A stretch of 64,000 nt of DNA from Alphaproteobacteria bacterium (GTDB taxonomy: Bacteria; Pseudomonadota; Alphaproteobacteria; RF32; CAG-239). The DNA lies in contig JAHHRI010000001.1 in NCBI GenBank assembly GCA_020025875.1, positions 9,979 to 73,978 on the forward strand, given 5' to 3'. This document shows, piece by piece, positions 9,328 to 19,029 of the stretch. The first letter of the stretch is position 1. Each line of letters begins with the position of its first letter. The position numbers and the translations under genes are program-made. A model generated the notes under the pieces. The model ran no database searches. It had not been told where the DNA came from and saw only the letters and a list, made by a program, of their open reading frames with translations.

Positions 9328-11106
9328 TCAATTCGGCAACTCAAACTCATCTAAAAGCGGCCATTCTCCTGCCAAAAACTGTTGCAAACTCTGTGGCTTT
9401 TGTCCCATCTGTGAAGAATACATCCAGTAGTTGGTAATAACCCGCTTAACATAAAGGCGGGTTTCTCGCCATGGGATCATTTCCATAAACAACAACGGAT
9501 CTCCGTCATGATTCTGTTTTTCTACCCAACGTTTCAAATTGTGTGGGCCGGCATTGTAAGAAGCGGCAAGAAAAATCAGATTGTTGCCGACATAATCTTT
9601 TTGCTGCAAGCGGCAAACATAATCTTGACCGATTTTCAAATTGAGTTTTTTATCAAAAAGCAAATGCCAATTTTTCTTATAGTTAGGATCAGCAGTCACC
9701 TCTGCCGCCGTTGCCGGCATCAGCTGCATCAACCCGCAAGCTCCGGCATGACTTCTGACCTTCGGAGAAAACAAAGATTCCTGACGAATCAATGCCCAAA
9801 TCCATGCCGGATAAACTTTCCAGCCACCTTCGGGACGCCACTGAGGACGGGGATATAAAAAAACATCGTATTCCCGCCCTTTATCGTGGTTTTTCAGCCT
9901 CTCGGCGGTAACATAACTCAAATTTGCCAAACTATATTGATACGCAAGAAAAAGCAGAAGTTCTTTTTGTTTTATATTCAGTTTGCCATAATTGTGTCGC
10001 AGATCGCTTTCTGCCAGATCGTTTTGTCCGGCAGCAAGCAGCAGCACCGCTCTCCGCAAAATGGGGGAAGAAAGAATCTCCCGTTGATAGGTTTGGTCTT
10101 CTAATTTGTTAAAATAACTTCGCAATTCCCAATCATATTCCACTTTGTCCGTTAGCATATAACGGGCAAGAATACCGTAGAATGTCCTCGGGTAGCGCGT
10201 GGCAATTCTCAAGTTGGCAGTCGATTCGTCCGGTCTTTTGAGTTTGATGTTGGCTCGGTAGCCCCAATAGGCACCGGCGGCAATCAGCCACGGATCGTTG
10301 TTTTTCAACCGCGCCAATTTTCCGAAATAGTCCGCTGCCAGATGATAGTTCTTAATTTTCCAAGCTGCCAAACCGCCAAACCAGCTAGCTGTCGCATCAC
10401 CGCTCCGCTTAATCGGCAAACGGCTCCATTTGAGGGCTGCCCGATTATCTCCGTCAAAAAAATAGGCAGAAGCAAGGGTGGCGCTCATCGCATCATATTT
10501 TTTGACAGGCATCAACTTTTTAAAACGCTTATTGTTTAAAACATCGACGGCAACCTGATGGTCGCTCTGCCGAATGGCTGCCAAAAAACGATCCAATTCT
10601 CCCCGCACATATTCCCGATCTGTCGATTTTAGGTTTTTGTATTCATCTCTGTACCAATCATAAAAGACATAAGGTTTTGTTTTTTCTGTCGGCAAGGAAG
10701 GCGGAAGATACCCCGGAGCTTTGCTAACCGCCAGATTTTTTATCTGCTGATATTGGGGATGATCGGCATGGTTCTTTAACCATTCGTTCAATTCTTCGTA
10801 GGTGGCCGCACTGCTTTTGTGCAAATATTTGGTTGCCAAAATATGCCCGAGCAGCAGCTTGTTTTGCAAAGTTTTTTGCAGCAAATCCGCTTTTTCCGTT
10901 TCGCCTTGTTCAATCGCCGTAAAAATATCTTTATAAATTTTGACATCTTGAGCAGAAACATGGGCGCGTTCCAACAGGCTGTTATACAAAGCCGGCTTAA
11001 TGATTTTAAAATTTTTTGACGCCGCCGATACCCCGCAAGGGAGCAGCAGCAGCGTCAAAAACAATATCCAAACTTTTTTCAATTTCTTTCCCGCAATATT
11101 TTTCAC
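9328..11106 (-). CDS. slt: Soluble lytic murein transglycosylase
   Basis: Signal peptide, superhelical N-domain, C-terminal SLT catalytic motif ...ESLFSPKVRSHAGACGLMQLMP...AGYNAGP. Confidence 0.85.
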   Translation of the reverse strand: MKNIAGKKLKKVWILFLTLLLLPCGVSAASKNFKIIKPALYNSLLERAHVSAQDVKIYKDIFTAIEQGETEKADLLQKTLQNKLLLGHILATKYLHKSSAATYEELNEWLKNHADHPQYQQIKNLAVSKAPGYLPPSLPTEKTKPYVFYDWYRDEYKNLKSTDREYVRGELDRFLAAIRQSDHQVAVDVLNNKRFKKLMPVKKYDAMSATLASAYFFDGDNRAALKWSRLPIKRSGDATASWFGGLAAWKIKNYHLAADYFGKLARLKNNDPWLIAAGAYWGYRANIKLKRPDESTANLRIATRYPRTFYGILARYMLTDKVEYDWELRSYFNKLEDQTYQREILSSPILRRAVLLLAAGQNDLAESDLRHNYGKLNIKQKELLLFLAYQYSLANLSYVTAERLKNHDKGREYDVFLYPRPQWRPEGGWKVYPAWIWALIRQESLFSPKVRSHAGACGLMQLMPATAAEVTADPNYKKNWHLLFDKKLNLKIGQDYVCRLQQKDYVGNNLIFLAASYNAGPHNLKRWVEKQNHDGDPLLFMEMIPWRETRLYVKRVITNYWMYSSQMGQKPQSLQQFLAGEWPLLDEFELPN

Positions 11107-11813
11107 ATTTCCTTAATCCAACGGATTTTGCTTGCACATTGCCGCTGCGTCATTCCTTTAACCCGACAACGGTTGACAATGATATTGGGCTGCCGATCCA
11201 TATTGTAGCAACCATCACCTAACAAACCATAGCTAAAATGATTTTCCACCCCAGGTTCCACGTCACTAAAGCTCAATACCGTTTCCATTCCTTGCCATTT
11301 CAGCCGGTAGCTGATGTTGGAAAGTTTAACCGGCAGTGTCGTCAAAATCGAAAATTTAGCACTGCAGCGTGTCTGACCGGAAGGGCTGCGATAGATGCTG
11401 AAATCTTTCATATACAACATAATCAGCTCATCTTCCTCATGTTCTTCGGTTGTTTCCACGGTCACGCCGCCGACTGTGGTATAGCGGCGATAGGGCTGCT
11501 TTGCGGGAGCGGCTTTGGGCGGCTGTTTTTTGCCGAAGGCATAATCGAAAGGGGAGCTGACAGGTTGTTTTTCAACATTATTTTTCTTTAACGGCTCATC
11601 GGAAACATCAACGACGGAATAAGAGCTTTCGTCTTTTGTTGCTGCTGCTTCCTTTGCCGCCTGCGGCGAAACATTTGTGTCCGCATTGTTCTGTACCGCC
11701 GGTGCGTTGACGGACGGAGCAGAACCGAAATATTGGGCATACGCCGGACGGCAACATAGCAACCCGACGATAACCAAAGAAAACGGCTTAATTTTATCCA
11801 TCTTATTCACCAC
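11103..11813 (-). CDS. Secreted hypothetical protein (signal peptide; Ala/Pro/Lys-rich linker)
   Basis: Signal peptide ...SLVIVGLLCCRPAYAQ; no domain recognised; start overlaps slt stop. Confidence 0.5.
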   Translation of the reverse strand: MVNKMDKIKPFSLVIVGLLCCRPAYAQYFGSAPSVNAPAVQNNADTNVSPQAAKEAAATKDESSYSVVDVSDEPLKKNNVEKQPVSSPFDYAFGKKQPPKAAPAKQPYRRYTTVGGVTVETTEEHEEDELIMLYMKDFSIYRSPSGQTRCSAKFSILTTLPVKLSNISYRLKWQGMETVLSFSDVEPGVENHFSYGLLGDGCYNMDRQPNIIVNRCRVKGMTQRQCASKIRWIKEM

Positions 11814-11835
11814 GCATCCCCTCTAACCAAAAATG

Positions 11836-12570
11836 CTACTTAATACCGCTGATAATACTGCCTGCAGAGTTCAGCGCATCAATCGTTTTGGCATATATGC
11901 CGGCAGTTTCGGTTTTGCTTTCCTGTTTTTTGGCATCTTCGCGGCGGCTTTCTTCGTCAGGAGTAATCTCCTTAAAATCCAGATAGTACTGAGCATCTTC
12001 GGGAGTAACATACTTAAACAACCGTCCGCAAGGGCTTTCTTGCGAAGCGCGACGTGCCGAGCGGCCTCCCGACAACCCTTCTGCCGAGCAGGATTTAACC
12101 GAATAATCCACTTTTTCAATCAGCAGGAAGCAGCGATCCGTATTGACACGATTGTTCACCGTCACCTGTTTATAAGGTTTCATTGCCGGCACTTCTACCA
12201 TAATATTCACCGTATCGGAAGAACGTCTTTCCGTTTCCGAATAAGCACGGTTGGCGTTACGGTTATGTTTTTGTGCATCTTCGGCTTTTTCCTGCTTGAT
12301 CACGCCTTCAAGCGATGTATCTTTCCATGTAAAATCAAGCATGGCTTCTTTGAGGGTGTAGCCTGAGCGATTATAGAAAGTGGTGTTGAAATCGCAGGCA
12401 ATCACTTCTCCGTCACGATTTTCAACCGGTGTAATGTCATGAATCTTAAACAACAATTCTTCCGTCGCGTCATCGTCAACGGGAACTGTTTGTTGCGCCA
12501 TCGATGAACCGACATGGGTTGCCAACACGGCGCCGAGAGCCAAACCGAAAACTTTTTTGCTAATACTCAT
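11836..12570 (-). CDS. Secreted hypothetical protein (244 aa)
   Basis: Signal peptide MSISKKVFGLALGAVLATHVGSSMAQQ; no domain recognised. Confidence 0.5.
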   Translation of the reverse strand: MSISKKVFGLALGAVLATHVGSSMAQQTVPVDDDATEELLFKIHDITPVENRDGEVIACDFNTTFYNRSGYTLKEAMLDFTWKDTSLEGVIKQEKAEDAQKHNRNANRAYSETERRSSDTVNIMVEVPAMKPYKQVTVNNRVNTDRCFLLIEKVDYSVKSCSAEGLSGGRSARRASQESPCGRLFKYVTPEDAQYYLDFKEITPDEESRREDAKKQESKTETAGIYAKTIDALNSAGSIISGIK

Positions 12571-12658
12571 TTTGCTTTCCTTAAAAAGTTATGTATCAAG
12601 ATTTTACCGAATAATAATTCACTTTTTCAAATTTTACCAACAAATAATGAATAAAAAC

Positions 12659-13441
12659 CTAATTATTTTGCAATTTTTTCGCCAACAGCAGCAAATCTGC
12701 CCACACTTTTGCCTTTTGCGCCGCATTGCGTAGCAAATATGCAGGGTGAAAACTTGCCAAAACGGCAACGCTGTCCCCTTTTGCGGTTTGATATTCCTGC
12801 CATTTGCCGCGCAAACGCGAGATTGTTTCTTTATTGTCAAGCAAGCTGTTGGCGGCGCTGCCTCCCAGCACCACAATAATCTCCGGCTTCAACAACTCAA
12901 TTTGCCGCCGCAGAAAAGGCAAACAAACAGCCACCTCGGCGTCGGTAGGCGTCCGGTTCCCTGGTGGACGCCACGGCAAAACATTGGTGATATAGACTTT
13001 GCTGCGGTCAAGCCCGATGGCCGCCAGCATTTTATCGAGCAGGTGCCCGCTTCGCCCGACGAACGGTTCGCCGATTCTGTCTTCGTCTGCCCCCGGAGCC
13101 TCGCCGATAATCATGATTTTGGCTTGCGAATTGCCGCCGCCAAACACCGTTTTGTTAGAAGTCAGCTTCAGTGAACAGCCTTCAAAAGCCTCTGCCGCCG
13201 CGCGCAGTTCTTCAAGCGTTGCCGAGGCCTCGCAAATATCGCGCGCATTTTTACAGGCTTTAAGGCTCATCTGCGCCAAATCGGTTATCGCCGGACGCGC
13301 AACGTTTTCTTCCGCAATCGCTGTCGGCAATGCGGCTTTTGGCGGCGACACGTTCTGCCGCAGACAACCGGGCACGTCTCCGCAGATCACATCTACCCCT
13401 GCAGCCAGATACCATTCCAACAATTCTTTTTCATTCATCAT
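12659..13441 (-). CDS. Uracil-DNA glycosylase, family 4 (4Fe-4S type) with N-terminal extension
   Basis: Motif A GEAPGADEDRIGEPFVGRSGHLLD and motif B HPAYLLR characteristic of family-4 UDG. Confidence 0.75.
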   Translation of the reverse strand: MMNEKELLEWYLAAGVDVICGDVPGCLRQNVSPPKAALPTAIAEENVARPAITDLAQMSLKACKNARDICEASATLEELRAAAEAFEGCSLKLTSNKTVFGGGNSQAKIMIIGEAPGADEDRIGEPFVGRSGHLLDKMLAAIGLDRSKVYITNVLPWRPPGNRTPTDAEVAVCLPFLRRQIELLKPEIIVVLGGSAANSLLDNKETISRLRGKWQEYQTAKGDSVAVLASFHPAYLLRNAAQKAKVWADLLLLAKKLQNN

Positions 13442-13559
13442 GTATTATATGCTATGCTTATCTGTTTTCTTTTGCAAACAAATAATTAAATTATCTTCAT
13501 ATTATTAGATTTCTGTTGTAAGATGATCGAGTCTGAAATAAACTGGAGCCGCCTGACAA

Positions 13560-15377
13560 ATGAACGGAGTGAGAAAAGTGATTGAAAAAGCCGCTTATGT
13601 ATTATCTATTTTGATAGGGATTGTGGTCGCCAATTCCTGCACCCTTTTCAATATACCGCAGCAGACAGCGCCAGCCGTCAGCACTTTGGAACAAGCACCG
13701 ACGGCTGAAGGCAAACAAAACTATGGCAGCTATCTGGCAGGTAGGGTAGCCCATATCCGCCACAATTTAAACAAAGCCGCCGACTATTACAAAAACGCCG
13801 TCGATTTCGTGCCGGACAAACAAATGCTGCCGAGCCAGCTGTATATCATTTTGACCTCTCAGGGGCGTATCGACGAGGCCGTAGCCTATGCGCAGATGGC
13901 AAGAAAAAAAGGCGACGAAAGCCCGTTCATAGATACCATTGAAGCCATCAACCTGATCAAACACGGAGAATATCAAAAAGCCATCGACACAATCGGCAAA
14001 ACCAATAACCCGATCGCCGTCACTTTTTTCAATCCGCTGATTTCCGCATGGAGCCATGCCGGCTTAAAAGATGCCAAAAAAGCAACCAAGGCACTGGCTC
14101 CGCTGGCTGCCAACGCTGCTTTCCGCCCGCTGTACCTGTTTCATGCCGGAGCCATCAACGACTATCTCGGCAACACCAAAGCCGCCGAAGCCCACTATAC
14201 GGCATTGATGAACATCCGCCACATGGAGCTGGCGGTCTTTCCCCTGCAAGTCATTTCCAACTTCTATCTGCGCCGCGCAGAGCCGGACAAAGCCTTGCGG
14301 GTTGCCGGTTTGGCGCTGAACAAAGACAATCTCATGATGAAAACCGTCATTGACGACATCAAAAAAGCCGATTCAAACATCGAGCCGATCCTCAAACAAC
14401 CGGAAACGGGACTCGCCGACGCCTTGTTCAGCATTGCCCTCCTCTTGCAGCAAGACGGCAGCAACGCCGACCTATCCATTCTGTTTGCCTCGCTTTCCTC
14501 ATACTGCTCTCCGGAATATCCGCTGCCGCGCCTTTTGGCTGCCGACATTTTAGAAAAAAGAAAACTATATGCCGAAGCCAACCAAGCCTACCGGCATATC
14601 GGTCCCGAAAGTTATGCCTATTATACCGCTTTGTTTCAGACCGCAAAAAATCTGATGCAAACAGACAACACCGCCGAGGCAGAAAAAATCTTCCGCCGAC
14701 TTTATACCGATTATCCCCCCAATCCCGACATTTTGACCAATTTGGGAGAAATTGCCCGCATTGAAGGAAGATACGACGAAGCGGCAAAATTTTATCAAAA
14801 AGCCATCGATCGTTATCCGAGCGATTCCGTAACCGAAACCTGGCCTTTGCACTTTGCTATCGGCATTTCTCACGGTGCCGCCGGCCGCAACGATTTGGCA
14901 GAAAAACATCTGCGCAAGGTGCTCAAATTAAAACCCAACCGAATGACGCAAAACCACCTCGGCTACACTTTATTGCAGCAAAACAAAAAACTGGAAGAAG
15001 CCTTTGAACTGATTGTTTCCGCCTACAACCCAAAAGTTGCAGACGGTACCGTTACCGACAGCCTTGGCTGGGCCTTTTACAAAATCGGCGACTATGAGCA
15101 AGCCGTTCGCTATCTGGAAGCTGCCTCCAACCAAGCGCCGTCAGAAGCCGTCATTTATGACCATTTAGGCGATGCCTATTGGCAAGTGGGACGCAAACGT
15201 GAGGCCGTGTTCCAATGGAACCACGCCCTCCGACTGAAAGACAACACCGGAGAATTTGAGCGACAGCTGACTTTGAAAAAACTGGAAAGCGGTTTGGAAA
15301 AACCCGCCATACCGAGCTTTGATGCAAAACAGATAGAAAAACAAGTGGAACGGCTGAAAGCCAAAGAAAACAAATAA
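13560..15377 (+). CDS. TPR-repeat protein, probable lipoprotein (605 aa)
   Basis: Multiple TPR-like helical repeats (AxxYxxAL patterns), N-terminal hydrophobic segment ending ...VVANSC. Confidence 0.65.
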   Translation: MNGVRKVIEKAAYVLSILIGIVVANSCTLFNIPQQTAPAVSTLEQAPTAEGKQNYGSYLAGRVAHIRHNLNKAADYYKNAVDFVPDKQMLPSQLYIILTSQGRIDEAVAYAQMARKKGDESPFIDTIEAINLIKHGEYQKAIDTIGKTNNPIAVTFFNPLISAWSHAGLKDAKKATKALAPLAANAAFRPLYLFHAGAINDYLGNTKAAEAHYTALMNIRHMELAVFPLQVISNFYLRRAEPDKALRVAGLALNKDNLMMKTVIDDIKKADSNIEPILKQPETGLADALFSIALLLQQDGSNADLSILFASLSSYCSPEYPLPRLLAADILEKRKLYAEANQAYRHIGPESYAYYTALFQTAKNLMQTDNTAEAEKIFRRLYTDYPPNPDILTNLGEIARIEGRYDEAAKFYQKAIDRYPSDSVTETWPLHFAIGISHGAAGRNDLAEKHLRKVLKLKPNRMTQNHLGYTLLQQNKKLEEAFELIVSAYNPKVADGTVTDSLGWAFYKIGDYEQAVRYLEAASNQAPSEAVIYDHLGDAYWQVGRKREAVFQWNHALRLKDNTGEFERQLTLKKLESGLEKPAIPSFDAKQIEKQVERLKAKENK

Positions 15378-15380
15378 GCC

Positions 15381-15641
15381 TCAATGAACGCTTTGGGGGT
15401 CAAGATTGTTCTGGCGTGCCAGAACAAAGGCAAAATCGCGGCTGTCGGCAACCGCCAGCGGCGTACCGTCTGCCGTATAAACCCGCCAAATTTCGCCGTT
15501 TTCAATCTTGTCGCTCTTAATAAACGCAACCTCCTGATCGCTCCAACTCAAAAGAGTGGCATATTCTTCTTCCGTCAGTTCAACACCATCGGCAGAAAAC
15601 ATTTCCTTTTTCATAGCATTTGTTCTTTCAAATAAATTCAA
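15381..15641 (-). CDS. Small conserved hypothetical protein (DUF1150-like, 86 aa)
   Basis: Acidic small ORF immediately downstream of the TPR gene on the opposite strand; resembles alphaproteobacterial DUF1150 proteins (weak recall). Confidence 0.35.
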   Translation of the reverse strand: MNLFERTNAMKKEMFSADGVELTEEEYATLLSWSDQEVAFIKSDKIENGEIWRVYTADGTPLAVADSRDFAFVLARQNNLDPQSVH

Positions 15642-15779
15642 TTTGCAATTATATATACTCCGGTTGTTAAAGTTGTACTAATAAAAAATACATTTTTTTC
15701 CATAGCAGGGCAGAAATAATTTGCCAAAATAAGATTTAGGGTTTATACACTTAGCTAAAAAACAAAGAGGAAACAATTT

Positions 15780-15998
15780 ATGAAAGAAGAATTGCTGGAA
15801 TTGGCCGGAACGGTTATTGAGAAACTGCCGAACGCAATGTTTAGGGTCAAATTAGAAAACGGCGTGGAAATTTTAGCTCATACGGCAGGAAAAATGCGCA
15901 AGTTCCGCATCCGTGTCATGGTCGGTGACAAAGTCGATATTGAAATGACCCCCTACGACCTGACCAAAGGACGAATCACTTTTCGCCACAAAGACTGA
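15780..15998 (+). CDS. infA: Translation initiation factor IF-1
   Basis: 72 aa, S1-like OB fold; [72 protein letters not shown] is near-canonical IF-1; SD AAGAGGA. Confidence 0.9.
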   Translation: MKEELLELAGTVIEKLPNAMFRVKLENGVEILAHTAGKMRKFRIRVMVGDKVDIEMTPYDLTKGRITFRHKD

Positions 15999-16013
15999 CA
16001 ATTTGTCAAAAAA

Positions 16014-16035
16014 CCCCGAAATGCGGGGTTTTTTA
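16014..16035 (+). terminator. Rho-independent terminator of infA
   Basis: ccccg-aaatg-cgggg hairpin followed by TTTTTT. Confidence 0.7.
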
Positions 16036-16107
16036 TTTTAATCAACCGAAACCACCCTGTTTAGGTGTCCGCCTGCCCTTATGGCAGCCGACAGTGTCGG
16101 ACAAAGG

Positions 16108-16692
16108 TTACAGATATTTAATAAGGGCAAAGCCGCCAAGCAGCAGAAGCAAAAACACAACCGTCAAAATGCCCAGATTTTTCTCAATAAAAATCCGAAT
16201 AGGTTCGCCATATTTTTTTAAGAGCCATGCAACCAAGAAAAAACGCATACCGCGGGAAAGTACCGAGGCCACACCAAACACCCACAGATTGAGATCGACA
16301 GCCCCGCTGGCAATCGTAACCACCTTATAAGGAAACGGTGTTAATCCGGCACCGAACACAATCCACGCTCCCCACTCGTGATAATATCCCTTAAACACTT
16401 CAAACTGATGGATATAGCCATAAAATTTCAAAATAGGTTCGGCAATCAGGTCATAACCGTAAAAACCGATGGCATATCCCAAATAACCGCCGATCACGCT
16501 GGCAAGCGTTGCCATTCCGGCAATTTGCCACGCGCGTTCACGATGAGCAAGCACCATCGGAATAATCATAACATCAGGAGGAATCGGAAAAAAAGAACTT
16601 TCCATAAAAGCAATAACAAACAGCACGGTCATGGCATGGCGGCAAGAGGCCGCGGCAATCAGCCGATCATAAATTTGCTGCAATATCTTCAT
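16108..16692 (-). CDS. DedA/SNARE-associated family membrane protein
   Basis: 194 aa, multiple TM segments, conserved DedA core (…FFPIPPDVMIIPM…G..R…RFF…). Confidence 0.75.
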   Translation of the reverse strand: MKILQQIYDRLIAAASCRHAMTVLFVIAFMESSFFPIPPDVMIIPMVLAHRERAWQIAGMATLASVIGGYLGYAIGFYGYDLIAEPILKFYGYIHQFEVFKGYYHEWGAWIVFGAGLTPFPYKVVTIASGAVDLNLWVFGVASVLSRGMRFFLVAWLLKKYGEPIRIFIEKNLGILTVVFLLLLLGGFALIKYL

Positions 16693-16734
16693 CAGTTTTC
16701 CCCATTGAATGACAACGGGTTTTTATAGCATGAA

Positions 16735-17403
16735 TCATTTAAGAAAAGAAACTAATTTTTTCATATTACCACGATTTTCCACATAAAAAGTATTATCAAA
16801 ACCGACAATATCGCTGATCTTTTTATAGGCCTCTTTCCGACAGTGAATAATCACGGCCTGCGGAGCGTTGCGCTGCAAAAACATTTTGGCGCCGTGTGCG
16901 TCATACACTTTGAAGTAAGAAATGCAAAATTCCTCCATCTTGCCAAACTCGTTGGTCGAATACGGCAGATAATCTTCAAGCAACAGCACCTTATATCCGA
17001 GATTTCCCCGACAATAGGCATGGGCAATCTCCACAAGCATCTTTTCGTTTTCTTCGGCGGGAACATAATGGGCCGCCCCCTTGGTCATTGTTTGTGTCGA
17101 TTCCGCATTGAGCATCACCGCCGGAGCTTTGTCTAAGTAATGATGAGCCGACAAATAGCTCAAAACCTGCCAAGCATCCACATTTTCGGCATTTTTATCA
17201 ACCACATACAGTTGTGGGTGCAGTTCGTCCGCATAGCGAATCAGCTGATAGGCGTTGCCGGTGGCAAACACCTCATATCCTTGATCTTCAAGCAGGTTCT
17301 GATAACGCAAATCCGTTGGACTGCCGTTATCAATCATAAAAATGCGACCTGGTTGTTCCATATTCCTGTTCCTTTCGGTAATGAATAAACAACTCAGAGT
17401 CAA
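16735..17403 (-). CDS. Tandem CheY-like receiver-like (pseudo-receiver) domain protein; likely start at Met 17362
   Basis: Two ~100-aa halves each with a receiver-like hydrophobic core (IFMIDNG…YVVDKN…VMLNA; KVLLLEDY…VIIHC); several canonical receiver residues are substituted. Confidence 0.3.
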   Translation of the reverse strand: MTLSCLFITERNRNMEQPGRIFMIDNGSPTDLRYQNLLEDQGYEVFATGNAYQLIRYADELHPQLYVVDKNAENVDAWQVLSYLSAHHYLDKAPAVMLNAESTQTMTKGAAHYVPAEENEKMLVEIAHAYCRGNLGYKVLLLEDYLPYSTNEFGKMEEFCISYFKVYDAHGAKMFLQRNAPQAVIIHCRKEAYKKISDIVGFDNTFYVENRGNMKKLVSFLK

Positions 17404-17416
17404 TATAGTCTTGCAA

Positions 17417-18316
17417 CTACCCTTTTTTAAGATTGTTATTTTGGTTTAGATACGCCTGATAGGTATTGTCCAGCAGCATGGCTATTGTCATCGGTCCGAC
17501 TCCCCCCGGCACCGGAGTGATAAACGCCGCTTTTTCTTTCACATCGTCAAAATCGACATCACCGAACAATTTATTGTCAATTCGGTTAATGCCGACGTCA
17601 ATCACCGTCGCCCCTTCTTTAAGCCAATCTTTTTTCACCATTTGGGAGCATCCGCAAGCGGCAACGACAATATCGGCTTGTTGTGTCAGCTTTGGCAGGT
17701 CAACGGTTTTGCTGTGCGCAACCGTTACCGTGCAATGGCGATTAAGCAGCAGCGAAGCCAAAGGTCGGCCAACAATATTGGAACGTCCGATAATCACCGC
17801 ATGTTTACCGCTTAAATCACCAATGGAATGTTCCAGCAAATAAAGAATGCCTTTCGGGGTGGCGGCAATCATTGCCCGCGGATCGTTTTCGTGCAGCAAA
17901 CCGGCATTATACGGACCAAAACCGTCCACATCTTTTTCGTGAGCAATCGCCTCAATCACTTTGGCAGAGCTTATGTGTTTCGGCAGCGGCATTTGCACCA
18001 AAATGCCGTTGACGTTCCGATCATTATTCAAACGTCCGATCAACTCCAGCAGATCTTCTTCCGGCGTTTCTTCCGGCAAATGATAAATATCGCACACCAT
18101 ACCCAATGCCTGCGCCGCCTTTTGCTTGTTGCGATCATAAATGATGCTGGCGGGATCGTTGCCGACCAGCACAACCGCCAAATAGGGTTTATTTGGCAGA
18201 GCGGCAATTTTTTCCGCCAACAGATTCCGCAAATTTTCGGCAATGAGCTTACCGTCAATAATCGTTGCTGTCATTTTCCCTTCTCCATTCTTCCAAACGC
18301 CGACAAACATTTTCAC
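17417..18316 (-). CDS. folD: Bifunctional methylenetetrahydrofolate dehydrogenase/cyclohydrolase
   Basis: Conserved FolD motifs (GRSNIVGRPLASLL, PVPGGVGPMT); start probably MTATIIDGK at ~18274. Confidence 0.85.
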   Translation of the reverse strand: MKMFVGVWKNGEGKMTATIIDGKLIAENLRNLLAEKIAALPNKPYLAVVLVGNDPASIIYDRNKQKAAQALGMVCDIYHLPEETPEEDLLELIGRLNNDRNVNGILVQMPLPKHISSAKVIEAIAHEKDVDGFGPYNAGLLHENDPRAMIAATPKGILYLLEHSIGDLSGKHAVIIGRSNIVGRPLASLLLNRHCTVTVAHSKTVDLPKLTQQADIVVAACGCSQMVKKDWLKEGATVIDVGINRIDNKLFGDVDFDDVKEKAAFITPVPGGVGPMTIAMLLDNTYQAYLNQNNNLKKG

Positions 18317-18581
18317 CGCCGTTTTTAATCAACAGTTTTTTATAATGAGAAATTTCTCCGCTGACAAGTTCTATTTCCGACTTGGCAATTTTAAGTTTTT
18401 TAGCAACCAACGCAATCAGTTCTTTGTTGGCGCGTCCTTTTTCCGGCGGACTAACCACCGCGATTTTCAGATATTCCTCATTTTTTTCATTGCGAAAAAT
18501 TCCTTTAATGCCGGTTCCTGACGCATTTGGCGACAGCCTCACCCGCAAAACCGTTCCCTTGTCCGTTTCTTCCGCAAACAT
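18255..18581 (-). CDS. DUF167 (YggU-like) protein
   Basis: ~100 aa, motif ...VRLSPNASGTGIKGI...LKIAVVSPPEKGRANKELIALVAKKLKIAKSEIELVSGE. Confidence 0.6.
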   Translation of the reverse strand: MFAEETDKGTVLRVRLSPNASGTGIKGIFRNEKNEEYLKIAVVSPPEKGRANKELIALVAKKLKIAKSEIELVSGEISHYKKLLIKNGGENVCRRLEEWRRENDSNDY

Positions 18582-18649
18582 CTCTGCTCCGCATTTTAAA
18601 AAATCAATCGGGCGGTCTGTGCCGCCCGATTGATTGTTACCCTCATTTT

Positions 18650-18970
18650 CTACGACATCAGCATCAGATCAAGCCGATAAATAAAACGCCCCAAAAACAA
18701 CAAAGCCAACAGCAATATAAACGGCGAAAAGTCAAAACCGGAAACCGCCGGAATTTTCTCCGAAATTTTCTTATAAACCGGTGCGGTTGCTTTGGTTAAC
18801 AATTCGCCAATTTTGACAACATATGTATTTTTGACGTCAACAATACCGAAACGAACCAACCAATGCAGAGCCACATCTGCCAGAACAACGGTAATATAGA
18901 TATTGACCACAACGCCCAACATCCACACAAATGGTTCCAATAAAGCAGCCATGAAAAAACTCCTTATCAT
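18650..18970 (-). CDS. YggT-family membrane protein
   Basis: ~106 aa, two TM segments flanking a conserved loop, adjacent to the DUF167 gene as in yggT-yggU pairs. Confidence 0.6.
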   Translation of the reverse strand: MIRSFFMAALLEPFVWMLGVVVNIYITVVLADVALHWLVRFGIVDVKNTYVVKIGELLTKATAPVYKKISEKIPAVSGFDFSPFILLLALLFLGRFIYRLDLMLMS

Positions 18971-19029
18971 TAAAACATAATCATTTTCAGTTTCAACTTA
19001 TACATATTTCACCCGTTTGTCCAGCATTT

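Noticed and set aside
16086-16104. Short palindromes (ccgacagtgtcgg within gtccg…cggac) after the infA terminator as a REP-like element
   Set aside because: It is a single occurrence and overlaps the 3' end region of the DedA gene on the other strand. No repeated family is evident in this window.
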